Shown here in pieces: positions 42,541 through 50,824 of a stretch of 62,000 bases of DNA (the stretch's first letter is position 1; each line of letters begins with the position of its first letter). The DNA is from Hyalangium minutum. Its GTDB lineage: Bacteria; Myxococcota; Myxococcia; Myxococcales; Myxococcaceae. Below the pieces are notes generated by a model. The model ran no database searches, was not told the origin of the DNA, and saw only the letters and a list, made by a program, of their open reading frames with translations. Made by a program: the position numbers and the translations under genes. The stretch is from NCBI RefSeq assembly GCF_000737315.1, contig NZ_JMCB01000008.1, positions 82,001 through 144,000 of the forward strand, given 5' to 3'.

Positions 42541-43164
42541 CATGACCGAAGACCATGGCCGTCTGGCCCAGCACTTCGCGCCGCTTCATCTCCTCCCATA
42601 GCTCTAGCCCCTCGCGTGAGCGCTCGCCGATGCCAGCAAACACCGCGACGCCACGCAGGTGCTCCACCGCATTGCGGATGAACTCCGTCAGGATGATTGT
42701 CTTGCCGACCCCCGCGCCGCCAAAGACCGCCGCTCGCCCGCCGTGGGTGAAGGGAGAGAACAGGGCGATGGCCTTGATGCCCGTCGGGTAGAGCTGTCCC
42801 GCCCGTTGGAGCTGCGATGCCCTCGGTGGTGCACGATAGAGCGAGGCCCGCTGGAGCCCCTGGAGCGGCAGGCCGCCATCGAGCACCCGTCCGTGGAGAT
42901 CAATGACCCGGCCCAGCAGCTCGGAACCCACCGGCACAGTCAGTGGCGAGCCTTCGCTGACCACCGGATAACCCCGGCGCAGTCCTCGAGTCGAATCGAG
43001 TGCGCTCCATCCAGCTGACAATGAAGGGCCGATGCCAGCGGAGGCACCTGGTTCTGGAAGCGAACATCCACCACCGTGCCGCGCACCGCGACGACCTGGC
43101 CTTGGAACCGGGGGCTCTGTGAGGGCAGCTGGAAGGCCATCGACACACCCGTCCACTCTTCCAA
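42541..43164 (-). pseudogene. atpD: Alternative (N-type-like) F-ATPase beta subunit, frameshifted at ~42990 and truncated at ~42541
   Basis: GQVVAVRGTVVDVRF in one frame; VPVG..LLGRV, TGIKAI, FGGAGVGKT and FAGIGERSREG in another; ends at VFGH. Confidence 0.88.
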
Positions 43165-43168
43165 TGCC

Positions 43169-43846
43169 TCATGCGCTCACTGTGGCTTCCATGGGCTTGT
43201 CGAGCCCGGCCTCCAAGGCTTCCGCGCGCTGCCGGATGCCCAACAACATCTTCCGCTCCATCAAGAAGTGAAGAGGGCCCAGGAAGAAGGCAACGAGTGG
43301 ATCTCCCGGTCTCCAGAAGTAGCTGGTGCGGACGCGGGAGACCATGCGCGTGAACCCGTTTTGCGGATAGAGCCCCAACGACCAGCTCACCTGGGACTGC
43401 CCTGGCGGCTCCTCGGGACGGGAACCGACCACCAGCGAGCCATAGGGCTCCACGGCCCTCACCGGCAAGTGCAGGCCGCGGCCCGTCGGAATCGTGTCTC
43501 CTGGCTCCAGCGTCTGGAACTCGGGCAGCAAGTGCTCCACGGTGGAGATGCGAAGCCCCGCCAGCCGCTCCATCCACTCGTAGCTGTAGAAGCCCTGGGA
43601 CCCCACCCCAAGCCGAACCAGCCAGGGCCAGATCGCCTCCGGTCGCGCGCGGACGGTAATGGCACGGTTCGAGACGTAGAAGGGCCTCTGTACCAGCTCG
43701 TCGCCGGGCATGGGACGCGTGAACTCCTCCTGAGTGGCTCCCCATCTCAAGTGCCAGGGACGCAGGATGAGCCAGTAGGCGGCGAGTCCACCCGTGCCCA
43801 CGGCGGTCAGCACGCTGGCGAAGCGGAGTCTCTTGTCGCGGCGCAT
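43169..43846 (-). CDS. Conserved hypothetical protein, SRPBCC-like with N-terminal membrane helix
   Basis: RWGAT.EE...MPGD.LV, RAITV.A.PEAIWPWLV.LG, GFYSYEW.E and F.MERKMLLGI..RAE motifs. Confidence 0.72.
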   Translation of the reverse strand: MRRDKRLRFASVLTAVGTGGLAAYWLILRPWHLRWGATQEEFTRPMPGDELVQRPFYVSNRAITVRARPEAIWPWLVRLGVGSQGFYSYEWMERLAGLRISTVEHLLPEFQTLEPGDTIPTGRGLHLPVRAVEPYGSLVVGSRPEEPPGQSQVSWSLGLYPQNGFTRMVSRVRTSYFWRPGDPLVAFFLGPLHFLMERKMLLGIRQRAEALEAGLDKPMEATVSA

Positions 43847-43965
43847 GGCATCCTCCTCGGCACGTCGAACGAGCTGCCCTGAGATTGGGAGATGGCTTGC
43901 CTCCCTGCCATGGGACGAGGGGGAGGGTCAGCCGGCCTGGCGCATGGCGCTGTCCCTCACCCTGG

Positions 43966-44032
43966 AGTACGAGCCATGCGTCGACCGTGGATGCGCCCGC
44001 GCTCGATGCGTTGAGACTCGTGAGTTCGCGCT
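43966..44032 (+). promoter_or_regulatory. Conserved bipartite upstream motif of hydrogenase copy 2
   Basis: AGTACGAGCC(43966) and TTGAGACTCGTGAGTT(44011); same spacing as 26986/27031. Confidence 0.55.
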
Positions 44033-44130
44033 GAAGAAACCTGGAGCGAGGAGCGAGATTGCCGCAGGGTGCCGCTCACGGCGCCGTGGAGCAGTTCCTG
44101 GGCCTGCCGCCTGTTCCGTGTCAACGGCTG

Positions 44131-44168
44131 GCCATCCGCGCCACCGACGGGTCCGGAGCAGCGCCTGA
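44131..44168 (+). pseudogene. Last ~12 codons of a second hyhB copy
   Basis: GCCATCCGCGCCACCGACGGGTCCGGAGCAGCGCCTGAGAGGAG resembles the 3' end of hyhB near 28243-28288. Confidence 0.75.
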
Positions 44169-44177
44169 GAGGAGATC

Positions 44178-44639
44178 ATGCCGCAGCCCCTTCCGCCCCT
44201 CGAACAGCACCCCTTCCTGCGCGGGCTCTCTCCCGAGCAACTGAGCGCCATTGCCTGCAAGGTCCGCGAGCAATCCTTCCCGGCGGGAGCCCTCCTGCTG
44301 CGCGAGGGCGATCCGGCGGACACGCTCTACCTGGTGCGCAGTGGGAAGGTGGTGCTGGAACAGAACGTGCCTGGCAGGGGCCCCACTTTGCTCGAGACGT
44401 TGAAGGCCGGCGACATCCTCGGCCTGTCCTGGCTGTTCCCACCCTTCCGCTGGCATCTGGATGCGCGGGCGGTAGAGTCCGTGGACACTTTCGCGCTCGA
44501 TGCCTCCTGCATGCGCGGCCCCTCGCCGGAGCACCCCGTGCTGGAGCCTGCGCTGGCCATGCGCCTGCTGCGTCAGCTCTACGACCGGCTGGAGCGCGTC
44601 CGGCTGCAGCGGCTCGATGTCTACAAGGCGGGAGCATGA
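44178..44639 (+). CDS. Stand-alone cyclic-nucleotide-binding domain protein
   Basis: LLREGDPADTLYLVRSGKV, GDILGLSWL..P.RW..DARA motifs; no HTH. Confidence 0.86.
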   Translation: MPQPLPPLEQHPFLRGLSPEQLSAIACKVREQSFPAGALLLREGDPADTLYLVRSGKVVLEQNVPGRGPTLLETLKAGDILGLSWLFPPFRWHLDARAVESVDTFALDASCMRGPSPEHPVLEPALAMRLLRQLYDRLERVRLQRLDVYKAGA

Positions 44640-45493
44640 GCCTCGACGTTCCACACGTCCCTGGCGTCGCCGGCCCGCTGACGCCCGAACCGCTCCGCGT
44701 GCGGAGCCTCCGCCGCGAGACGGCCGACACGTGGACTGTATCGCTCGATGTCTCCTCACGCCCGGGTGGCTTCCCGTTCCAGCCGGGCCAGTTCAACATG
44801 CTGTACGTCTTCGGCGTGGGCGAGGTGGCCATCTCCATCAGCGGAGACCCCAGCCGGCCGGCCGAGCTGATCCACACCGTCCGAGCCGTGGGAGCCACCA
44901 CCCGCGCGCTGTGCCGAGTGGGCCGAGGCGGCATGCTTGGCGTCCGAGGTCCCTACGGCCGGCCCTGGCCACTGGAGGAGGCACGTGGCCAGGACGTCGT
45001 CGTGGTGGCCGGCGGACTCGGCCTTGCCCCCCTCCGCTCCGTCATCCTTCACCTGCTGCGCCACCGCGAGAAGTACGGCCAGGTGTTGCTGCTGGTGGGG
45101 GCCCGCACACCGGAGGATCTGCCCTTCCGCCGGGACCTGGAGCGCTGGCAAGCGGACTCGCGGCTGCGGGTGCTCGTCACCGTGGACAAGGCGAGCCCTG
45201 GCTGGAAGGAACACGTAGGCGTGGTGCCTGCGCTGCTGCGTGACGTGGCGGTGGATCCAGCGCGCACAGTGGCGCTGATGTGCGGCCCCGAGGTGATGAT
45301 GCGCTTCACCGTGCGCGAGCTGGAGCGGCTGGGCGTGCCCGACGCGCGCATCCACCTGTCGCTGGAGCGCAACATGAAGTGCGCGGTGGCCTTCTGCGGG
45401 CATTGCCAGCTCGTGCCGTACTTCCTCTGCAAGGACGGGCCGGTGTTCTCCTACGACCGGCTCCGGTCCTTCATCAGCCTCCGCGAGGTGTGA
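44636..45493 (+). CDS. hyhG: Group 3b hydrogenase gamma subunit (FAD/NAD(P)-binding, 2Fe-2S)
   Basis: [56 protein letters not shown] motifs. Confidence 0.92.
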   Translation: MSLDVPHVPGVAGPLTPEPLRVRSLRRETADTWTVSLDVSSRPGGFPFQPGQFNMLYVFGVGEVAISISGDPSRPAELIHTVRAVGATTRALCRVGRGGMLGVRGPYGRPWPLEEARGQDVVVVAGGLGLAPLRSVILHLLRHREKYGQVLLLVGARTPEDLPFRRDLERWQADSRLRVLVTVDKASPGWKEHVGVVPALLRDVAVDPARTVALMCGPEVMMRFTVRELERLGVPDARIHLSLERNMKCAVAFCGHCQLVPYFLCKDGPVFSYDRLRSFISLREV

Positions 45494-45494
45494 G

Positions 45495-46274
45495 ATGGCG
45501 CGCAAGCGGAAGCGACCCACACTCGCGGTCTGGAAGTTCGCCTCGTGCGATGGGTGCCAGCTCACCGTGCTGAACCTGGAGGACGAGCTGCTCACGCTGG
45601 CGGACTCCGTGCGCATCGTCCACTTCGCCGAAGCCACCAGCGTGTCCCTGAAGGGAATGTACGACGTCTCGCTCGTGGACGGCTCCATCACCACACCCCA
45701 TGACGCCGAGCGCATCCGCGAGGTGCGGCGGCAGTCGCGCCGGCTGGTGAGCATCGGGGCCTGCGCCACCGCGGGTGGCATCCAGGCGCTGCGCAACTTC
45801 AAGGATGTCCAGGGCTTCCTCTCCAGCGTCTACGCGAAGCCCGAGTACATCGAGACACTGGCCACCTCCACAGCCATTGCGGACCACGTGCCGGTGGACT
45901 TCGAGCTGCGGGGCTGCCCCATCAACAAGCGGCAACTGCTGGAGGTGCTGAGCGCCTTCCTCCAGGAGCGGCGGCCCAACGTGCCGAGCCACAGCGTGTG
46001 CGTGGAGTGCAAGCTGCGCGGCAACGTGTGCGTCATGGTGACGGGTACACCGTGCCTGGGGCCCGTGACGCATGCCGGCTGCGGGGCACTCTGCCCTACG
46101 TACCAACGCGGCTGCTACGGCTGCTTCGGGCCCATGGAGACACCCAACACCGCCTCTCTGGCCCGCGCCTTCCAGGCCGCGGGGCGCTCGGAGGCGGAGC
46201 TCGTCCGGGCCTTCCGCAACTTCAACGCGAACGCCCCGGCATTCCGTGAGGAGAGCGAGCGCCATGAAGAATAG
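45495..46274 (+). CDS. hyhS: Group 3b hydrogenase small (delta) subunit
   Basis: [33 protein letters not shown]...C, CLGPVT.AGC...CP...GCYGC motifs. Confidence 0.93.
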   Translation: MARKRKRPTLAVWKFASCDGCQLTVLNLEDELLTLADSVRIVHFAEATSVSLKGMYDVSLVDGSITTPHDAERIREVRRQSRRLVSIGACATAGGIQALRNFKDVQGFLSSVYAKPEYIETLATSTAIADHVPVDFELRGCPINKRQLLEVLSAFLQERRPNVPSHSVCVECKLRGNVCVMVTGTPCLGPVTHAGCGALCPTYQRGCYGCFGPMETPNTASLARAFQAAGRSEAELVRAFRNFNANAPAFREESERHEE

Positions 46275-47045
46275 GACGCGAACCCTCCAGGTAGACTCCC
46301 TCACGCGCCTGGAGGGAGGGCAAGGCCACGAATGTGCGCCTGGCCATCTGCGAGCCGCCACGCTTCTTCGGAGCCCTGCTGCGCGGGCGTTCGTACCTGG
46401 AGGCGCCCGACATCACCTCGCGGATCTGCGGCAGTACCGCGCTCATGTCCATCCTGGGTGGCCCATCCATCCATCCGCCTGAGGCCACCGCCGCCGTTCC
46501 CCGCGAGGCAGAGCACATTCTACGGACCCTCACCCTCTCGAAGCAGGAGCGGAGCCTTCCACTTCGCCGCCCATGCGCGGGGCACCAAGGCGGAGGGGGC
46601 GCGGCTCTTTCTGGAACTCATCCACGTGAGCGCACGGTGCCGGGCTCTTGTGGACACACCTACGCCCCGGAGCACCACGTGCTGCGATGCCCGGCTTGTG
46701 GCGGCACGGAGGGAGTGGAGGGAGGAGCCGAGGGTGATCCGGCTGGCCATCACCGTGCAAGGCGTGGTGCAGGGCGTGGGCTTCCGCCCCTTCGTCCACG
46801 CCGCCGCCATGGGCTGGTGGGATGGGTACGCAATAGCACCGACGGGGTCCGCATCGAGGTGGAGGGGCCAGTTCCCAGGGTGGAGGACTTCCGGCAGTCC
46901 CTCGAGCGTGAAGCTCCGCCCGCCGCCCGGGTAGCTCGCGCAGCAGTCCCCCGGACACGATGAGGACCTCCGCATCCTCGACAGTGACCCGAGCGCTCCT
47001 CCTCGGCCCATCATCCCGGCGGATCTGGCCACCTGCCCGGAGTGC
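46264..47045 (+). pseudogene. Collapsed relic of second-copy hyhL, protease, hypA and hypF
   Basis: Consecutive pieces in original gene order: [10 protein letters not shown]; EPPRFF..SRICG; LMSILGG; [13 protein letters not shown]; [14 protein letters not shown]; [19 protein letters not shown]; IPADLATCPEC. Confidence 0.9.
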
Positions 47046-47320
47046 GCCCTCAAGTCGCACCGGCACCTCCGCGGGCCGTTCGTCTTCTGCGATGCCCAGG
47101 GAACCTCCCTCAAGCCTCAAGAACGACGCCTGCCGGGACACCCTCCTCCGAGCCCACAAGCGGGCGGGCCTACGTCCCATCGGCTGGCACACGATGCGAC
47201 ACACGTTCGCCGGCCACTGGGTCATGCGGGGGGTACCTCTCAAGGCCGTCCAGCGCGGACGTCAAGAAGGACGCCGTCCGGGCGCTCAAGGGTCGCACTG
47301 GGGCACCTGGTGCGGGACGA
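47046..47320 (+). pseudogene. Tyrosine recombinase (phage-type integrase) C-terminal remnant
   Basis: ALKSHRHLRGPFVFC, RAGLRPIGWHTMRHTF..HWVMRGVPLKAVQ and DVKKDAVRAL pieces next to the tRNA-Leu 3' end. Confidence 0.85.
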
Positions 47321-47354
47321 GGAGAATTTCCCAGTGAAGTCCGGTGGTTAAGAA

Positions 47355-47440
47355 TGCACGAGCCGGGGATCGAACCCGGACGGCCCTTACGGGCCAGCGG
47401 ATTTTAAGTCCGCTGCGTCTGCCTGTTCCGCCACTCGTGC
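47355..47440 (-). tRNA. tRNA-Leu(TAA)
   Basis: Acceptor GCACGAG/CTCGTGC, anticodon arm GCGGA-CT-TAA-AA-TCCGC, long variable arm, GGTTCGATCCC; CCA not encoded. Confidence 0.96.
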
Positions 47441-47540
47441 CCGAGCGCCACAACGGTGTCGGGACCATCTCTCAACTGCTGGACGGCCGCAATGCGCTCA
47501 ACGGTCGATTCCGGCCCGCCCTTGTTATAAAGCGCCCGCC

Positions 47541-49184
47541 ATGCTCGAGACTGTCACCAAGGGCTTCCGCTCCGCCAAGAACCGCCTCGCCGGCAAGAGC
47601 GAGCTCACGCAGGATGTGGTGGATGAGTCACTGCGCGACATCCGCGTCTCCCTGTTGGAGGCGGACGTCGCCTTCGATGTGGTGAAGAAGTTCGTCGCCC
47701 GCGTCCGCGAGAAGACCGTGGGCGAGGTGGTGCAGACGACCATCACGGACAAGTCCGGCCAGAAGCGGAAGGTGAGCCCGGCGGACTACTTCGTGAAGAT
47801 CTGCCACGACGAGCTCGAGGCCCTGATGGGGCCGGTGGACACGAGCCTGAAGCTCAAGCCCAAGGGGCAGCTGAGCGGCATCATGATGGTGGGCCTGCAG
47901 GGCTCAGGTAAGACGACGACCACGGGCAAGCTCGCCAACCGGCTGCTCCAAGAGGGACGCAAGCCGCTGCTGGTGGCGGCGGACATCTACCGTCCGGCCG
48001 CCGTGGACCAGCTGAAGGTGCTGGGCGAGAAGCTGAAGGTGCCGGTGTACTTCGAGCCCAACGTGCCGCCACCGGAGCTGGCGGCGCGCGGGTACGCTGC
48101 GGCGCGGGACCAGAAGTGCGACGTGGTGCTGATCGACACGGCGGGCCGGCTTGCCATCGACGAGGCACTGATGGCGGAGCTGGAGTCCATCAAGGGCAAG
48201 GTGCACCCGGACAACATCCTGCTGGTGTGCGACGCGATGATTGGCCAGGACGCGGTGCGCACGGCGGCCGAGTTCGACCGGCGGTTGACGCTGGACGGCT
48301 TCATCCTGACGAAGCTGGACGGTGACGCGCGTGGTGGCGCGGCGCTGTCGATCAAGGAAGTGACGGGGAAGCCGATCAAGTTCCTCGGCATGGGCGAGTC
48401 GATGGACAAGCTCGAAGAGTTCCGGCCGGACGGGCTTGCGGGCCGGATTCTCGGGTTTGGCGACATCGTCGGCCTGATGAAGGACTTCGAGAAGGTCGTC
48501 GACGAGAAGAAGGCCGAGGAGGACGCGCGCAAGCTGCTGTCCGGCAACTTCTCGATGAAGGACTTCGTGGAGCAGATCCGGATGGTGCGGCGGATGGGGC
48601 CGCTGAAGGACCTGCTGGAGAAGTTCCCGTTGTTCGGGGATCTGACGGAGCAGCTGAACCCGGACGAGAAGGAGCTGACGAAGATCGAGGCGATGTATGA
48701 CTCGATGACGGAGAAGGAGCGGCTGCGGCCGGACCTGATCAACGCAAGCCGGGTGGAGCGCATCGCGAAGGGCAGTGGGCGCAAGGCGGAGGACGTGCGC
48801 GAGCTGCTGCAGAAGTTCGGGATGATGCAGCAGGTGATGGGGACGATTGGTCAGAATCCGGGGTTGCTGGGACGGATTCCGGGGTTCAAGCAGCTGGGGC
48901 AGCTGTCTCAGATGAAGAACATGGACCTGTCGGGCCTGATGGGGAACGACAAGCTGATGCAGCAGGCGATGAGCGGCATGGGAGGCATGGGAGGCATGCC
49001 CATGCAGCTGCCGCAGATCGCGCCGGGCTACACGCCTCCGATGGGCCAGGCGGCGATGGCGAAGGCGCGGCTGATGGGCTACGCGCCGCCGTCGGCGGCG
49101 GGCAAGCCGGAGGACAAGGACGCCATCAAGGAGCGCCGCAAGCGCGAGAAGGCGAACCGGAAGAAGAACCGGAAGAAGAAGTAG
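47541..49184 (+). CDS. ffh: Signal recognition particle protein Ffh
   Basis: GLQGSGKTTT, DIYRPAA, DTAGR, TKLDGDARGG and Met-rich M domain. Confidence 0.97.
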   Translation: MLETVTKGFRSAKNRLAGKSELTQDVVDESLRDIRVSLLEADVAFDVVKKFVARVREKTVGEVVQTTITDKSGQKRKVSPADYFVKICHDELEALMGPVDTSLKLKPKGQLSGIMMVGLQGSGKTTTTGKLANRLLQEGRKPLLVAADIYRPAAVDQLKVLGEKLKVPVYFEPNVPPPELAARGYAAARDQKCDVVLIDTAGRLAIDEALMAELESIKGKVHPDNILLVCDAMIGQDAVRTAAEFDRRLTLDGFILTKLDGDARGGAALSIKEVTGKPIKFLGMGESMDKLEEFRPDGLAGRILGFGDIVGLMKDFEKVVDEKKAEEDARKLLSGNFSMKDFVEQIRMVRRMGPLKDLLEKFPLFGDLTEQLNPDEKELTKIEAMYDSMTEKERLRPDLINASRVERIAKGSGRKAEDVRELLQKFGMMQQVMGTIGQNPGLLGRIPGFKQLGQLSQMKNMDLSGLMGNDKLMQQAMSGMGGMGGMPMQLPQIAPGYTPPMGQAAMAKARLMGYAPPSAAGKPEDKDAIKERRKREKANRKKNRKKK

Positions 49185-49202
49185 GACTCCCCTCCTTCAG
49201 AG

Positions 49203-49241
49203 CCTCGGACGCGCCCCTTCCGTTTCAGGGACCGTCCGAGG
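49203..49241 (+). terminator. Hairpin after ffh
   Basis: CCTCGGAC/GTCCGAGG stem 18 nt after the stop. Confidence 0.45.
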
Positions 49242-49432
49242 TGTAGCCAAGGCCCAACCGTCTCGCGGCGTGGACTCCTCGTCTACGGCGGCGGACGGTG
49301 TGAGCGCCGGACGGAACAGCCAGCCACTGGCATTGGCGTCCAAAACCGTCTTTTCTGCTGAGAATTGGGCCCTTTAGCGGGCGAGGCATATCCACGAAGG
49401 GAGTGGACCGCCTTTTGCTCTGGAAGCGTGGC

Positions 49433-50779
49433 ATGACCCTTCTCAATCGTTTCATCCCCTTGGTTGTGGCTGTTCTGATGTCTGCCTGCATCAATGTTCC
49501 CGAGGTAGGGGACCCCCTTCCGAATCCGGAAGTCCCGGATGGGGGCACCAAGCCGGACGGAGGAGTTCCTGCGGACTCGACCCCGCCAACCCTCACTGCA
49601 ACGGTGCCAACGCACGGCTCGACCAACGTGACCACGAGCCCTCAGTTCCAGTTCACCTTCTCCGAGCCCATGAATGTGGGCACGGTGCAGGTATCAATCG
49701 CACCTATGGTGGCGCTCAGCACTGGAGTTTGGACGAGCAACAACACCCAGCTCACGCTGCAGCCACTGGCGGCGCTGGCCCAGAACACGACCTACATGCT
49801 GTCGGTGGACGGCAAGGACGTGGCGGGCAACGCGCTAACGGACCGAAAGCAATTCTCGTTCGAGACAACGGGGCCTGCGCCCGACACCACACCGCCAACC
49901 ATCCTCGCCATCAGCCCGTCCTACGGAGCCATCGGGGTGGCACAGAGCGCGACCTTCACCGTGACGTTCTCAGAGCCGATGGACAAAGCCTCGGCCCAGA
50001 CCGCTTTCGCCATCACGTCGCCTTCGGGGTTCAACGCTGGCGTCTTCACCTGGAGCGCGGAAGGAACCGTGATGACGTTCAACCCAGACACGGACTTTCC
50101 TTACGGAACAACCGTGGGATGGCAAGTCTCGATGGCCGCCAAGGACTTGGCTGGAAACACACTGGAGAGCGCCACGGCCGCCTCGTTCCGCGCCATTCGA
50201 GTGAACACGGTTACGATTGACTTCGATCCTTACACAAGCGGCTCTGCACTTGCTCCCGATTACGCCAGAACAAGTGCCCTCTACAATCTTGAGAACGTTG
50301 GCGACAATACCCAGAATCGCGAGGTGCGGCTCTTTATCGGCTTCAAACTCGATGTCCTGCCAGAAAATCTAGCCCGCATCGCTGACTGCAGACTCAAATG
50401 GTTCACATCAAGCCAACAGGGCAGCCCTTTCTCTTCCCTTGGAAGACTCCTTCTTGAAAGAGTCTTCATTGGCGAATCGATTGCATTTTCAACCACGGAC
50501 ACAACCAACCCAAGCTCAAAAGGTCAATATGAGTCAGCCGCTTTAGGCTCGCCCATTATTGTCCTGAACAGTGCCATTCCTGCCACCCTGACTTCCGAAG
50601 TCACATCGCTCGTGGCGCTTGACTGGCTTGAGAGAACCAACCGCAACTCCAAGCGTTCTCAGTTCAGACTGCGCTTTGAGGTTCCAAGCAACAATGATGG
50701 CCTCCGTGACACCATCGTCTCGGACGTGGAGCAAACCCCCAAGCTGGCAGAACTTCTCATCACCTATGAATACCCTTAA
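49433..50779 (+). CDS. Lipoprotein with two Ig-like (Big_5-type) domains and a divergent low-GC C-terminal domain
   Basis: Lipobox MSAC; repeated D(S/T)TPPT...F..TFSEPM...V.AKD.AGN units. Confidence 0.82.
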   Translation: MTLLNRFIPLVVAVLMSACINVPEVGDPLPNPEVPDGGTKPDGGVPADSTPPTLTATVPTHGSTNVTTSPQFQFTFSEPMNVGTVQVSIAPMVALSTGVWTSNNTQLTLQPLAALAQNTTYMLSVDGKDVAGNALTDRKQFSFETTGPAPDTTPPTILAISPSYGAIGVAQSATFTVTFSEPMDKASAQTAFAITSPSGFNAGVFTWSAEGTVMTFNPDTDFPYGTTVGWQVSMAAKDLAGNTLESATAASFRAIRVNTVTIDFDPYTSGSALAPDYARTSALYNLENVGDNTQNREVRLFIGFKLDVLPENLARIADCRLKWFTSSQQGSPFSSLGRLLLERVFIGESIAFSTTDTTNPSSKGQYESAALGSPIIVLNSAIPATLTSEVTSLVALDWLERTNRNSKRSQFRLRFEVPSNNDGLRDTIVSDVEQTPKLAELLITYEYP

Positions 50780-50824
50780 GATTGCGGTATTCGTGCATTC
50801 TTCGAGTGCAATTCGATGCTTTGG

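Larger units (their letters stand above)
16800..47354. mobile_element. Decayed genomic island (~30 kb) bounded by tRNA-Arg and tRNA-Leu; left boundary approximate
   Basis: Integrase remnant abuts the tRNA-Leu 3' end; accessory metabolic cargo with many deletion scars; core genes resume on both sides. No att duplicate found by eye. Confidence 0.6.

Noticed and set aside
27131-46274. Reading hyhB and hyhG as anaerobic sulfite reductase AsrA/AsrB
   Set aside because: No AsrC or siroheme subunit; the adjacent NiFe large and small subunits and hyp genes point to a group 3b hydrogenase.
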